Shown here one piece after another: positions 1 to 10,243 of a DNA stretch of 54,912 bases. Source of the stretch: Planctomycetota bacterium. GTDB taxonomy: Bacteria; Planctomycetota; JACQVX01. A model generated the notes under the pieces. The model made no database searches. It had not been told where the DNA came from and saw nothing but the letters and a program-made list of their open reading frames with translations. Each line of letters begins with the position of its first letter. Within the stretch, counting starts at the first letter, position 1. Both the position numbers and the translations under genes were made by a program. The stretch spans positions 1-54,912 of the forward strand of contig JACQVX010000082.1 of NCBI GenBank assembly GCA_016209495.1. The letters run 5' to 3'.

Positions 1-85
1 TCCATTGCTATTGCTCCTCCTCGCTCCTAGCCTCGCGCCGCCTCGCTCGGCCTCGGTGTTTCACGCAGTGATTGTCTTACGACTC

Positions 86-949
86 CTAACCCCTCGCGGT
101 CCGGAGGAAGACCTTGGCCTTGTCCAGCTCGTCGTTGAGGTGGGCGACCGCCTCGGTACAGCGCGCCTCGTCGAGTCCCAGCTTCGCCCAGACGTCCTCG
201 GAGACCCCCGGGTGGACCTGCTCGCCGGAGTAGATGAAGCCCCGTTGCTGGCTGAGGTAGTCGGCCACGTGGACGATGCAGACCGTCGGCGCGTTGGGAC
301 TCTCCGGGTCCGGGGCGTGGTGGTCGCGGATGGACTCGGTCAGCGCGCCGGTGAGCCGCCACTTGTCGGCGATGAGGCCGCCGATCTCGGTGTGGCAAAG
401 CTCCAGGACCTCCTGCTCCGCCGCCAGGGCCCCGCAGCAGTTCTCCGCCATGCGCTCGACGATCTGCCGGTAGGTCTCGGGCATGTACTGCATGACCAGG
501 ATCTCCCCGATATCGTGCAACAGCCCGGTGATGAAATACTCCTCCAGCGTGTTCTTGGGCATCCCCTTGGCCATGGCCAGGTCCTTCGCGGCGCAGCCCA
601 CCGCGAGGGAGTGCAGCCAGATGGCGTCCATGTCCACGGACTTGTCCACGTCCGGCTTGGACATGGTCGAGATCACGGCCGTGGAGAGCGCGAGGTTCTT
701 CACCGTGTTCACCCCCAGGAGGATGAGGGCGCGCTCCAGGGAGGTGATGTCGTTGGACATGGCGAAATAGGCGGAGTTGATGAGCTTCAGGACCTTCGCC
801 GTGAGGACCGGGTCCATGCGGATCACCTTCACCAGGTCCCGGGGAGAGGCATTGATGTCGTTGGCCAGCTCGTTGACCTTGACCACCGTCGGCGAGAGGC
901 TGGGCATCCGGTTGATGTATTCGTAGATTCGTTCTTCGAGGCTGGGCAT
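86..949 (-). CDS. HDOD domain-containing signal transduction protein
   Basis: 287-aa ORF with HDOD hallmarks: 'MPSLSPTVVKV', 'DPVLTAKVLKLINSAYF', 'WLHSLAVG', 'GLLHDIG', 'HTEIGGLIADKWRL'. Confidence 0.9.
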   Translation of the reverse strand: MPSLEERIYEYINRMPSLSPTVVKVNELANDINASPRDLVKVIRMDPVLTAKVLKLINSAYFAMSNDITSLERALILLGVNTVKNLALSTAVISTMSKPDVDKSVDMDAIWLHSLAVGCAAKDLAMAKGMPKNTLEEYFITGLLHDIGEILVMQYMPETYRQIVERMAENCCGALAAEQEVLELCHTEIGGLIADKWRLTGALTESIRDHHAPDPESPNAPTVCIVHVADYLSQQRGFIYSGEQVHPGVSEDVWAKLGLDEARCTEAVAHLNDELDKAKVFLRTARG

Positions 950-1199
950 CGGCGATCCGCACCTTCGGGGAGGGTGAATTCTACTGGTCGGAAAATGGGC
1001 GATGCAAGCCCAAAAAGGCCCCCGGACGCCCCGGGTCGCGCGGTGGCAGGTAGCCCGTTCGCCGAGGATTCACAAGGATCTCCGGGCAATAGCCTCGGTC
1101 TGGTTCCCCCCCGCGACTGGCTCGGGCCCATGGACATTTGCCGCTTGTCCCGGCCCATCCGGAACCATAACATCGGCCCCGTCCTGGAGCCGCTCCCCC

Positions 1200-1595
1200 T
1201 TGCCCAAGCCCACCAGCCGAAGGCGACGTGTCCTCCTGTTCGAGGACGAGCCCCGCACCAACGACGCCCTGGTGAAGGCCCTGAAGGTGCACGGTATCGA
1301 CGTGCAGCGCTTCGCGGACCGCGCGCGGCTCGTCGTCGCCGGCGAGCGGGCGCGGCCCGATGCGGTCCTGGTGGACGTCTCCTTGCCCAAGGTGGAGGGC
1401 CTGGCCCTCTGCCGCGTCCTGTCGTCGCACCCCCGGCTAGGGACGGTGCCCGTGATCCTCGTGTCCCTTCGGAACCTGGCTCACGAGGACCTGGTGGTCG
1501 AGGCGGTGGGCGCCACGGCCCGCGTGACCAAGCCCTACGACCTCGGCCTCGTGCTCGAGACCTTCGAGCAGCTGTTCGCGGACGCGGCACGATAG
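1200..1595 (+). CDS. Stand-alone response regulator receiver (CheY-like)
   Basis: 'VLLFEDE...DAVLVDVSLPKVEG...VPVILVS...VTKPY'. Start placed at the in-frame TTG at 1200, downstream of GGAG; the ORF-track start at 1002 is probably too early. Confidence 0.8.
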   Translation: MPKPTSRRRRVLLFEDEPRTNDALVKALKVHGIDVQRFADRARLVVAGERARPDAVLVDVSLPKVEGLALCRVLSSHPRLGTVPVILVSLRNLAHEDLVVEAVGATARVTKPYDLGLVLETFEQLFADAAR

Positions 1596-1600
1596 CCCTC

Positions 1601-4384
1601 ATGGCAGAGCCGTCCGCCAGCCCCCACGCCACGCCCTCCGGTCGCGGCGCGGGGGAGGTCCTGGGTGGGGGGGGTGAGCGCCTGGCACCTCCCCGCTCCC
1701 CCTCGGGGCCCGCCACGAGCGCCCCTCACGCCACGCCCATGTGGCGCCAGTACCACGCGGTGAAGGCCGCCCATGCCGACGAGGTCCTCTTCTTCCGCAT
1801 GGGGGACTTCTACGAGGTCTTCTTCGACGACGCCACCCTCGCCTCGCGGGTCCTGGGCATCGCCCTCACCACGCGCTCCAAGGGGCCGGACGCCATCCCC
1901 ATGGCCGGCGTCCCGGTGGCGAGCGCCGAGTCCTACATCGCGAGGCTCATCCGCGCCGGGCACCGCGTGGCCATCTGCGAGCAGGTCCAGGACCCCACGG
2001 AGGCCCGCGGCCTGGTGGAGCGGGCCGTCACCCGCATCGTCACGCCGGGGACGCTGACGGAGGAGCGGATCCTCCCGGACCGGGGCCACAACTACCTCTT
2101 GGCCCTGGCGGGCGCGACGGGCGGGGTCCACGGCGCGGCGGTGGGCTCGGCCTGGGCCGACCTCTCCACCGGCGATTTCGCGTGCGCGGAGCTCGGGGCC
2201 GGCCGCGTCGAGGACCTCCTGGCGCGCCTCCGCCCCGCCGAGGTCCTCCTGGCGGAGTCGCTGCGCGCCCGCCCGGAGGGCTCGCCCGCGTGGCTGCGCG
2301 GTCTGGCGGGGGCGGCCCACCTCACCTGGCGGCCCGACTGGGTCTTCGAGCGGGATGCAGGCCGTGCTCGCCTCCTCGCGCACCTGGGCACCCTGACCCT
2401 GGAGGGCTACGGCTGCGAGGGGCTGGGGCCCGGCCTGGGGGCGGCGGGGGCGGTCCTCCATTACCTGGAGGAGACCCAGCGCACCTCTCTGGGCCACATC
2501 CGACGCCTGCGGCGGGTGGACCCGGAGGGGGAGCTCGTCCTCAATCGCGCCACCCGGCGCACCCTGGAGCTGACCGAGGGCATGGCGACCGGGGGGCTGG
2601 CCGGTTCGCTCCTATGGGCCCTGGACCGGACGCGGACGGCCATGGGCGGTCGCCTCCTCCGGGATTGGCTGGCGGCGCCCCTCACGCGGGTCGAGGCCAT
2701 CCTGCGCCGCCAGGAGGCGGTGGCCGCCCTGGTGGAGGACGCGTCCCGACGGGACGAGGTGTCGGCCTGCCTGGCGGAGATCTACGACGTCGAGCGGATC
2801 CTCGCCCGGGTGGCCACGGACCGGGCGAACGCACGGGACCTGGTGGCCCTGCGCCGCTCCCTGGAGCCCCTCCCGCGGCTTCGCGAGCTGGCCCAGGGAC
2901 TGGCGGGCCCCGGTGCGCTCGAGCTGAGCGATGTGGCCTCGCGGCTCGACCCCTGCGAGGAACTCCGCGAGCATGTCGGCCGCGCCCTGGTGGACGCCCC
3001 CCCCCTCACCGTCCAGGAGGGCGGCCTCATCCGCGAGGGATACCACGCCGAGCTGGACGAGCTGCGCGAGCTCGGCGCGCAGGCGGAAGGCTGGCTGGCG
3101 CGCTACCAGGAGCGCGAGGCCCAGCGCACCGGCATCGCCTCGCTGAAGGTAGGCTTCCACCGGGTCTTCGGCTACTTCATCGAGGTGCGGGACGCCCACC
3201 GGGAGCGGGTCCCCGCGGACTACCGCCGCCGGCAGACGCTGAAGAACGCCGAGCGGTACGTCACCGAGGAGCTGGCCTCCTACGAGGACCGGGTCCTGGG
3301 CGCGGACCGGAGGGCGCGGAGGCTGGAGTCCGAACTCTTCCAGGGGCTCCGGCGCTCGCTGGCGGCCGAGGTCGGCCGGCTCCAGACCACCGCCGCCGCC
3401 GTGGCGGAGCTGGACGCCCTGGTCTCCCTGGCCGCCGTGGCCGCGGAGCGCGGCTACGCGCGGCCCCGGGTCGACGAGTCCCTGGACCTCGTCATCGAGG
3501 AGGGGCGCCACCCGGTCGTGGAGCTCACCCTCGAGGGGGAGCGGTTCGTCCCCAACGACCTCCGCCTGGAGGACGGGGCGGGGCGGCTCGTACTGCTCAC
3601 GGGCCCCAACATGGCCGGCAAGTCCACGTACGTCCGCCAGGTGGCCCTCATCGCCCTTATGGCCCAGGTGGGCTCCTTCGTGCCGGCCCGCTCGGCCCGG
3701 GTGGGTGTCGCGGACCGGATCTACACGCGGCTGGGCTCGGCCGACGAGCTCTCGCGCGGCCAGAGCACCTTCATGGTGGAGATGACCGAGACCGCGGAGA
3801 TCTTGAACGGCGCCACGGAGCGGAGCCTGGTGGTCCTGGACGAGGTGGGGCGCGGCACGAGCACCTACGACGGCCTGAGCCTCGCCTGGGCCCTGACGGA
3901 GCACCTGAGGACGCGCATCGGCTGCCGCGCCCTGTTCGCCACGCACTATCACCAGCTGACGGAGCTGGCCCAGCACGACCCGGGGGTGCGGAACTTCCAC
4001 TCGGCGGTGAGGGAGTGGGGCGACCGGATCGTCTTCCTGCACGAGATCCGCGAGGGGGCGACGGACCGCTCCTACGGGATCCACGTGGCCAGGCTCGCGG
4101 GGGTGCCCGAGGCCGTCCTGGAGAGGGCGCGGGGGCTGCTCCTGGAGCTGGAGGAACACGGGCGCGCCCGCCCGGCGATCGACCCACGGTGCCCCGCGGC
4201 GACGCGCGCCGGGAGGGCCGAGCGCCAGCTCGACCTCTTCCGCCCCCTGGAGGAGAGGGTCCTCGCCGCCCTGCGCGAGCTGGACCCGGAGCGCATGACG
4301 CCGCTCGCGGCCCTGGCGGCCCTGGCGGAGCTGAGGGGGACCCTGGCGGGGAGCGGGGCCACGCTCGTGGCCCGCGGGTCCTGA
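1601..4384 (+). CDS. mutS: DNA mismatch repair protein MutS
   Basis: 'TPMWRQY...FFRMGDFYEVF', Walker A 'TGPNMAGKSTY', 'GQSTFMVEM', 'DEVGRGTST', 'FATHY', 'SYGIHVARLAG'. Start is ATG 1601, with ATG 1739 as an alternative. Confidence 0.97.
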   Translation: MAEPSASPHATPSGRGAGEVLGGGGERLAPPRSPSGPATSAPHATPMWRQYHAVKAAHADEVLFFRMGDFYEVFFDDATLASRVLGIALTTRSKGPDAIPMAGVPVASAESYIARLIRAGHRVAICEQVQDPTEARGLVERAVTRIVTPGTLTEERILPDRGHNYLLALAGATGGVHGAAVGSAWADLSTGDFACAELGAGRVEDLLARLRPAEVLLAESLRARPEGSPAWLRGLAGAAHLTWRPDWVFERDAGRARLLAHLGTLTLEGYGCEGLGPGLGAAGAVLHYLEETQRTSLGHIRRLRRVDPEGELVLNRATRRTLELTEGMATGGLAGSLLWALDRTRTAMGGRLLRDWLAAPLTRVEAILRRQEAVAALVEDASRRDEVSACLAEIYDVERILARVATDRANARDLVALRRSLEPLPRLRELAQGLAGPGALELSDVASRLDPCEELREHVGRALVDAPPLTVQEGGLIREGYHAELDELRELGAQAEGWLARYQEREAQRTGIASLKVGFHRVFGYFIEVRDAHRERVPADYRRRQTLKNAERYVTEELASYEDRVLGADRRARRLESELFQGLRRSLAAEVGRLQTTAAAVAELDALVSLAAVAAERGYARPRVDESLDLVIEEGRHPVVELTLEGERFVPNDLRLEDGAGRLVLLTGPNMAGKSTYVRQVALIALMAQVGSFVPARSARVGVADRIYTRLGSADELSRGQSTFMVEMTETAEILNGATERSLVVLDEVGRGTSTYDGLSLAWALTEHLRTRIGCRALFATHYHQLTELAQHDPGVRNFHSAVREWGDRIVFLHEIREGATDRSYGIHVARLAGVPEAVLERARGLLLELEEHGRARPAIDPRCPAATRAGRAERQLDLFRPLEERVLAALRELDPERMTPLAALAALAELRGTLAGSGATLVARGS

Positions 4385-4409
4385 GGCAGGCACGGAAGGA
4401 GACGAACCC

Positions 4410-4610
4410 ATGCGGTCGAAAGGACTGGTCGTGGCGGCGGGGATCCTCTCGGCACTCCTCGCGGGAGGCTGCGCGATCCTCAAGGGTGTGAAGACGGCGG
4501 GCTGCTGCCTCGCCTCCGTCGCGGGCGCCGGGGCCGACGGCGGGGGGCGCGCGGCGGCGCACGGCGAGGGGCCTTGCGGCGACGAGGCCTGCTGCGGCGG
4601 GCCGCGCTAG
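4410..4610 (+). CDS. Small Cys-rich putative lipoprotein
   Basis: 66 aa with AAGGAG upstream, a signal peptide ending in lipobox-like 'LAGGC', and further CC...C...CC residues. Fills the gap between mutS and the kinase. Confidence 0.55.
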   Translation: MRSKGLVVAAGILSALLAGGCAILKGVKTAGCCLASVAGAGADGGGRAAAHGEGPCGDEACCGGPR

Positions 4611-4637
4611 ACCCGGCGCGGCCCGCCGGGCGAGGCC

Positions 4638-7600
4638 ATGGAACCCGGCGATGCCATCCAGAACCGCTACCGGGTCCTCGAACGGCTCGGCGAGGGCGGG
4701 ATGGGGGCCGTCTACCTGGTGGAGGATCGCCTCGAGGGCCCCGCCGCCCCGGAGGCCCGCGCGGACGGTGCGGCCGTCCCGGGACACCGGCTGGCCCTCA
4801 AGGTCCTTGCCACCCAGGGCACGAGCCCGCTGGACCTGGAATACCTGAGGCACGAGTTCCGGGCCCTCGCCGCCCTCCGGCACCCGCACGTGGTCCAGGT
4901 CCAGGACTTCGGCCTCCTCCCGGAAGGCCAGGGTGGCTACTTCACCATGGAATGGGTCGAGGGCCGGGACTTCTACTCGGCCACCCGGGGACTCGCCACG
5001 GACGAGCTCCACGCCCTGGTGGCCCAGGTCTGCCGCGGCCTCGAGTACGTCCACGCCCGCGGCTACGTCCACTACGACCTCAAGCCCGCCAACATCCTCG
5101 TGGAGGAGCGGCCAGGCCACCGCCGGGCGGTCCTCATGGACTTCGGCCTGGTGGGCGGGGCCGCCTCCCGCCTCCCGGCCACCGTTCGCGGGACCGTGCA
5201 CTACATGGCCCCGGAGGTCCTCCTGGAGGAACCCGTGGACTGCCGTGCGGACCTCTATGCCCTCGGGGTGGTCCTCTACCAGGTGGTCACGGGCCGCCTC
5301 CCCTTCGAGGGGAACTCGGCCGTGGACGTGGCCCGCGCCCAGGTGAGGCGGCCGCCATCCCCGCCCCGGGCCGTGACCCCTGGCGTGGACGAGGCGCTGG
5401 AGGCGGTCATCCTCCGGCTCCTGGCCAAGGACCCCGCGGATCGCTACGGCTCGGCCAACGAACTCCTGCTGGACCTCGACCGCCTCCGGGGGACGCACCA
5501 CCCCCTGGAGACCCACGAGACGCGCGCCGGGTGGATCCACACCGGCCGCTTCGTGGGACGGGGGACCCTGCTGGCCCGGATGTCCCAGGCCTACCACTCG
5601 GCCGTGGATCGCCCGGGGGGCGGCCTCGGCGGCCGCCGGGGCGCCCCCGGGGTGCTCCTGGTGGAGGGAGAGCCGGGCATGGGCAAGACGCGGCTCCTGC
5701 GCGAGCTGCGCCAGCGGGTCCAACTCGACGGCGGCGCCTGGTGCGAGGGGCGGTCCCTGGAGGCCCCGGGCACGGCCTACGGGACGCTGGCCCAGGCCCT
5801 GCGCCACGTGGTGGCCGCCCTCCCCGGGGGCCCGGCGGGCCTGGGGCCGCACGGCCCCGAGGTGGTGAAGCTCCTGCCGGAGCTGGCCGTGGAGGGCTCG
5901 CCCACCCCCTCGCGGAGCCTGGGTCCGGAGGCGGATCGCTCGAGGCTCCGGGACGCGGTGGCGGGGCTGGTCCTCGAGGCCTCGCGCCACGGACCCATGG
6001 TCGTCTGCCTGGAGGACCTGCACGCCTCCGACGCCGGGACCGTGGAGTTCGTCGTGGACGTGGCGCGGCGGCTCTCCCTGGGCGGACGAGGCGGGGGGGA
6101 GGGCGAACGGCCTCCCCGGCTCCTCGTCTGCGCCAGCTACTGGCCAGGTCAAGGACCCGAGTGGCTGCAGACTGCCCTAGGCAGGGCCGGGCGGGAGGCA
6201 GGGGCAGAGGTCCTGCGGGTGGAACCCCTCTCGACGCTCGAGGTGGGGACCCTGGTGCGGTCCATGCTCCCCGTCCAGGACGAGGAGGCTGCCCTGGCGG
6301 CCCGGGTGACGGCCCAGGCCGGGGGGAACCCCTTCTTCGTGGAGGAGCTGATGAAGGCCGTGGCCGAGGCCGGGTGCCTCGTGCACCGGGCCGGGCGCTG
6401 GCGGCTCGACCGGGAGCGGCTGGACCGGGTGCGGGCCCCCGGGTCGGTGGAGCGCCTCCTGGGGGAACGGGTCGCGCGGCTGGCCCCCCCGGCCAGGGAC
6501 CTCCTGGGCGTCCTGGCCGCGGTGCAGTCGAGCGCCGACCTGCCCCTCCTGGCGGTGGGCTCCGGCGCCGAGATCGCAGAGCTGGTGCCCTCGCTGGCGG
6601 AACTGGAGCGCGCCCGCCTGGTGCGCCTGGACGGGGACGGGCTCCGGGTGGCCCACCCGATCCTGGGCGAGGCGGCCTACCGGGGCCTCGCCCCCGAGCG
6701 GCGCACGGCGGTCCACCGGGCGCTCCTCGAGGCCCTCCTCGCACGGCGGGGGCGCACGGACCTCCGGGCGGAGGACGCGGACGCGGAACGCCTGGCGCGT
6801 CACGCCCTGGAGGCCCGCGATGCGAAGCGGGCGGCGGACTTCGCCCACGTGGCGGCGGAGCGCTGCCGGAGGCTCCATTTCCACGATCAGGCCCTGGAGC
6901 TGGCCCACGCGGCCCTCGAGGGGCTGCCCCCGGGGGACCACGCGCGGCGTGCCTCCCTGGCGGAGCTCTCTGTCTCGGTGCACCGCCACCGGGGCGACCA
7001 GGGCGGGGCCCGCCAGGCCTGCGCCGAGCTGGCCGCGGCGGCCGAGGCGACGGGCCAGGCCGCCTGGGTGGGCCGTGCGTCCCTCCGGCGCGGGGCGGTG
7101 CGCGCGGACGGCGGGGACCTCGCCGCCGCCCTCGAGGAGTACCGCGCGGCCGGCGAGGCGTTCCGGCGCGGGGCCGACGCGCGAGGGGTCGCCGAGGTCC
7201 TCCTGGAGACGGGCCGGCTGCACCTGGCGCGGGGGGAGATGGCGCTGGCCCTCGGCGCCCTCGGGGAGGCGGTCGCGGCGCTCTCGGCCCTGGGCGAGCG
7301 GGGTCTGGCGGCGGCGGGCCTCAACGACATGGGGAACGCGCTGCGCGCCTGTGGCTCCCATGCCGAGGCCCAGGCCCGCTACGAGGACGCCCTGGCCCTC
7401 TACCGCCAGGACGGCGACCGCCGCGGCGTCGCGGCCGTGGCCAATAACCTGGGGGGCATCGCCTTCGACCAGGGGCGCATGGACGAGGCCATGCGGGCCT
7501 TCCGCCAGGCCCTGGAGGAGACCCGCCAGGTCGGCTACCGCCGGGGGGTGGCGGCCCTGCTGGAGAACCTGGGTCGGTTGCACGCGCGGCGCGGCGAGTA

Positions 7601-8606
7601 TGCGGAGGCCCTGGACCCCCTCGGCCGTTCGGTGGAGATGCGGCGCGAGATCGGCGACCGCCCCGGCGAGGCCTCCGCACTCTCCATCCTGGGCGTGGTG
7701 GCCCGCCACCGGGGCGAGCCGGCGGAGGCCCTGGCGCGCTACGCCGAGGCGCTGGCCATCGAGCGGGAGCTGGGGAGCGCCCCGGGCCAGGCTCTTGCGC
7801 TCAGCTATACCGCGGCGGTGCGCGGTGAGAGGGGCGATTACGGAGGGGCCATCGCGGATTGCCGCGAGGCGGCGGGCCTGGCCCACACGGCGGGCCACCG
7901 GGTGGCGGAGGCCATCGCCCGCTTCGGCCTCGCCGAATGGCTATCCGCCGCGGGCTGCCTGGACGAGGCCGCCGCCGAGCTGGGGTGCGCCCGGGAGGTC
8001 CTGGGGGGCGTGGCCTTCCGGGATGTGGACGTGGCCGCCCGCGGCCTCGAGGCGGCCCTGCACCTCGTCCGGGGCGAGCCGGCCCGGGCCCTGTCCTCGG
8101 TGGAGGCCGTCGGAGGAGAACCGGGACAGGGGGAGGACGTGGAGGCCCGGCGCTACCTGGAGGCCCAGCGGGTGGAGGCCCTCATCGCGCTGGGACGCCC
8201 CGGGGAGGCCGCGCCCCCCCTGGAGGCCCTCGAGGTCACGGCCCGCGCCCAGGGGGCCCGGCCGGCCCGGGCGCAGGCCCTCTACCTCCGTGGCCTCTGG
8301 CACCGCGCCCGCAAGGAGCCGAGCGAGGCCCTGGGCCGCATGGAGGAGGCGGCCCGCCTGGCCGAGAAGCTCGGCCTCCCGGACCTGGAGTGGCGCGTCT
8401 GGGCGGCCCTGGGGGGGCTCCACCACCGGCAGGGACGGCGCCGGCGCGCGGGGGACGCCTACCAGCTCGCCCTGGGGGTCGTGCGGCGCATCTGGGAGGG
8501 CCTCCCGGGGGAGCTGCGCGGACCCTACCTCGCGCACCCGCTCCGGGCCGCCCTGCGCCGCGAGGCGGATCGCCTGGCCTCCGGGGCGGGGCCGGCGTCT
8601 CAGTAG
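4638..8606 (+). CDS. Ser/Thr protein kinase fused to AAA-type P-loop ATPase and TPR repeats
   Basis: Kinase motifs 'LGEGGMGAVY', 'HYDLKPANIL', 'DFGL', 'GTVHYMAPE'; P-loop 'GEPGMGKT', Walker B 'CLEDLH', 'GGNPFFVEEL'; C-terminal TPR-like repeats ('LNDMGNAL', 'ANNLGGIAF', 'LENLGRLH'). Confidence 0.92.
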   Translation: MEPGDAIQNRYRVLERLGEGGMGAVYLVEDRLEGPAAPEARADGAAVPGHRLALKVLATQGTSPLDLEYLRHEFRALAALRHPHVVQVQDFGLLPEGQGGYFTMEWVEGRDFYSATRGLATDELHALVAQVCRGLEYVHARGYVHYDLKPANILVEERPGHRRAVLMDFGLVGGAASRLPATVRGTVHYMAPEVLLEEPVDCRADLYALGVVLYQVVTGRLPFEGNSAVDVARAQVRRPPSPPRAVTPGVDEALEAVILRLLAKDPADRYGSANELLLDLDRLRGTHHPLETHETRAGWIHTGRFVGRGTLLARMSQAYHSAVDRPGGGLGGRRGAPGVLLVEGEPGMGKTRLLRELRQRVQLDGGAWCEGRSLEAPGTAYGTLAQALRHVVAALPGGPAGLGPHGPEVVKLLPELAVEGSPTPSRSLGPEADRSRLRDAVAGLVLEASRHGPMVVCLEDLHASDAGTVEFVVDVARRLSLGGRGGGEGERPPRLLVCASYWPGQGPEWLQTALGRAGREAGAEVLRVEPLSTLEVGTLVRSMLPVQDEEAALAARVTAQAGGNPFFVEELMKAVAEAGCLVHRAGRWRLDRERLDRVRAPGSVERLLGERVARLAPPARDLLGVLAAVQSSADLPLLAVGSGAEIAELVPSLAELERARLVRLDGDGLRVAHPILGEAAYRGLAPERRTAVHRALLEALLARRGRTDLRAEDADAERLARHALEARDAKRAADFAHVAAERCRRLHFHDQALELAHAALEGLPPGDHARRASLAELSVSVHRHRGDQGGARQACAELAAAAEATGQAAWVGRASLRRGAVRADGGDLAAALEEYRAAGEAFRRGADARGVAEVLLETGRLHLARGEMALALGALGEAVAALSALGERGLAAAGLNDMGNALRACGSHAEAQARYEDALALYRQDGDRRGVAAVANNLGGIAFDQGRMDEAMRAFRQALEETRQVGYRRGVAALLENLGRLHARRGEYAEALDPLGRSVEMRREIGDRPGEASALSILGVVARHRGEPAEALARYAEALAIERELGSAPGQALALSYTAAVRGERGDYGGAIADCREAAGLAHTAGHRVAEAIARFGLAEWLSAAGCLDEAAAELGCAREVLGGVAFRDVDVAARGLEAALHLVRGEPARALSSVEAVGGEPGQGEDVEARRYLEAQRVEALIALGRPGEAAPPLEALEVTARAQGARPARAQALYLRGLWHRARKEPSEALGRMEEAARLAEKLGLPDLEWRVWAALGGLHHRQGRRRRAGDAYQLALGVVRRIWEGLPGELRGPYLAHPLRAALRREADRLASGAGPASQ

Positions 8607-10198
8607 CCGGGCTCCCGCCGGAGGAGCAGGTTGTCGAAGAGGTGGCCCCCGGGACCCCGGGCGGCCATGCCGTACCCCCTTCCCGCGGGCTCGTACGGTC
8701 GGACGACGAGGAGGCGTCGGTCCTCCCGGTAGACGTCCAGCCGCCCGTCGCGCACCCGGAGGTCGAAGAGGCGATGGGCCAGCTCGGAACCCTCCACGGC
8801 GGCCTCCGCCAGGACCGACTCCACGCCCCCCTTCACCTGGAGGACCCGCACCCGGGTGGGGCCCGAGGCCCCAGGCGGGGTGGAGGCGGCGACCCAGTGG
8901 AAATGGGCCGCGTCCCGGAGGCCCACCACGAGCCCCGCCTCCCCCCCCGGGGCGGGCTCCACGTAGCCGCCGAAGGCGTAGGGACCCCTGGGCGCCGGTC
9001 CCGAGGCCACCGAGAGCCCGATGCCACCCCCGTCCACGCCGGCCTCCATGCCGCCCCGCCCGCCGGAACGCCACGCCCCCTCAAGCGGGTCCCAGCGCGC
9101 GCGACCCACGGCCCCGGCCCCCCCGAAGGGCTCGAAGACGAGGGGCCGCTCGCCGTCCTCCAGGCGGAGCCAGCGCGGGGCGCGCACCCGCAGGACGCCC
9201 GGGCCCTGGACCGAGAGGCGGGCCTTCACCGGCCGATCCGTGGGGAAGCCGGCGGGGAGCGTCCCCCAGATCCGGTAGCGGCGCCAGCGGTCGTCGAGCG
9301 CGCCGCTCCGGTGCAGCTCGCCGTAGTCGTGGGAGCCGGTGTCGGTGAAGACGAACAGGTCGGCGGCGGCCCGCGCCCGGTCGGTGCAGGCCTCCACCTC
9401 GAAGAGGTAGGAACCGCCCGCCGTCAGGGACACCCCCTCCCAGGTGAGCTTCACCCAGCGCGAGTCCGGGACCTCCAAGCGCAGGGTCCCGTCCGGCTCC
9501 TCGGAGAGCGCCCGGGGCGTGCGCGTCTCGTCGGCGTCGTAGCACTCCACGGCCCCGCGGCCGTAGGCCCGGAGCACCGCGGTCCGCCTCCCCAGGGACC
9601 CGCGCCAGGAGCCGGCCTCGCCGCTGTAGGGCTCGGGTTCGCCGGGGGTCCCCGACACCACCAGGACCTCCTCTCGCGCCTCCAGCCGCACGGTCCCCCC
9701 CGGCGCCGCCACCTGCACTCGTCCCTCCTCGACGTAGACCCGCACCCGGTCCTCGTCCCGGCGCACCCCCACGCGCGTCCCGATGAGCGAGATGGTGGCC
9801 GAGCCCGCGACGATGGTCACGGCCAGCGGCCCCGCCCGATCGTCCAGGAGGAGGTCCCCGCGGATGAGGTCGATGAGGACCGCCTCGTCCGCCGGCCGCT
9901 TCAGGGAGACCTCGGCGTCGGCGAGCCAGAGGAGGGCGCCCCCCAGCTCCGCGGCCGCACCCGCCACCGGGGCCTCCAGGGTCGCGCCCGGGAGGAGGTC
10001 CCGCGGGGCCTCCACGACCTCCGACGGGCCCGCGGCCTCCGCGCGCCAGAGGACACGCCCGCGCAGGGGGACCAGGTGGAGGGGCCACGGGCCGGCCCCT
10101 TCGCCCCCGGTCCGGGTGCCACCCTCCTGGGGGTGGGCCGGGGAGACGAGGGCGAGGGCCAGGGCGACGGACAGGGCGAGCGTCCTCGGTCCTTGCAT
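8600..10198 (-). CDS. Exported FecR-domain protein with C-terminal carbohydrate-binding/beta-sandwich-like domains
   Basis: Signal peptide 'MQGPRTLALSVALALALVSPAHP'; FecR motif 'ISLIGTRVGV...VRVYVEEGRVQV'; CBM-like segment 'VSLTAGGSYLFEVEA...WRRYRIWG'. The domain identity of the C-terminal part is inferred. Confidence 0.7.
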   Translation of the reverse strand: MQGPRTLALSVALALALVSPAHPQEGGTRTGGEGAGPWPLHLVPLRGRVLWRAEAAGPSEVVEAPRDLLPGATLEAPVAGAAAELGGALLWLADAEVSLKRPADEAVLIDLIRGDLLLDDRAGPLAVTIVAGSATISLIGTRVGVRRDEDRVRVYVEEGRVQVAAPGGTVRLEAREEVLVVSGTPGEPEPYSGEAGSWRGSLGRRTAVLRAYGRGAVECYDADETRTPRALSEEPDGTLRLEVPDSRWVKLTWEGVSLTAGGSYLFEVEACTDRARAAADLFVFTDTGSHDYGELHRSGALDDRWRRYRIWGTLPAGFPTDRPVKARLSVQGPGVLRVRAPRWLRLEDGERPLVFEPFGGAGAVGRARWDPLEGAWRSGGRGGMEAGVDGGGIGLSVASGPAPRGPYAFGGYVEPAPGGEAGLVVGLRDAAHFHWVAASTPPGASGPTRVRVLQVKGGVESVLAEAAVEGSELAHRLFDLRVRDGRLDVYREDRRLLVVRPYEPAGRGYGMAARGPGGHLFDNLLLRREPGY

Positions 10199-10243
10199 GG
10201 AAGCTCCGGCGTGCCCGGCGGCGCGCCGATACATTATAGATGC

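Noticed and set aside
1-30. Minus-strand RBS (GAGGAG) and ATG at the window edge
   Set aside because: Probably the start of a gene downstream of the HDOD gene, but only one full codon is visible, so nothing can be called.
5-1600. N-terminal 530-aa extension of the MutS ORF in the track
   Set aside because: It is the antisense shadow of the HDOD gene plus an off-frame overlap with the receiver gene; MutS similarity starts only after 1601.
1625-1738. CACGCCACGCCC repeated at 1625 and 1727 (PHATP twice) at the mutS 5' end
   Set aside because: Short, GC-rich and within a probably disordered leader with an uncertain start; no evidence of a mobile insert.
7859-10243. Apparent 1787-aa PelA with a long N-terminal extension
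   Set aside because: The extension overlaps the kinase gene and is antisense to the FecR gene; the lipoprotein signal begins near 10244.
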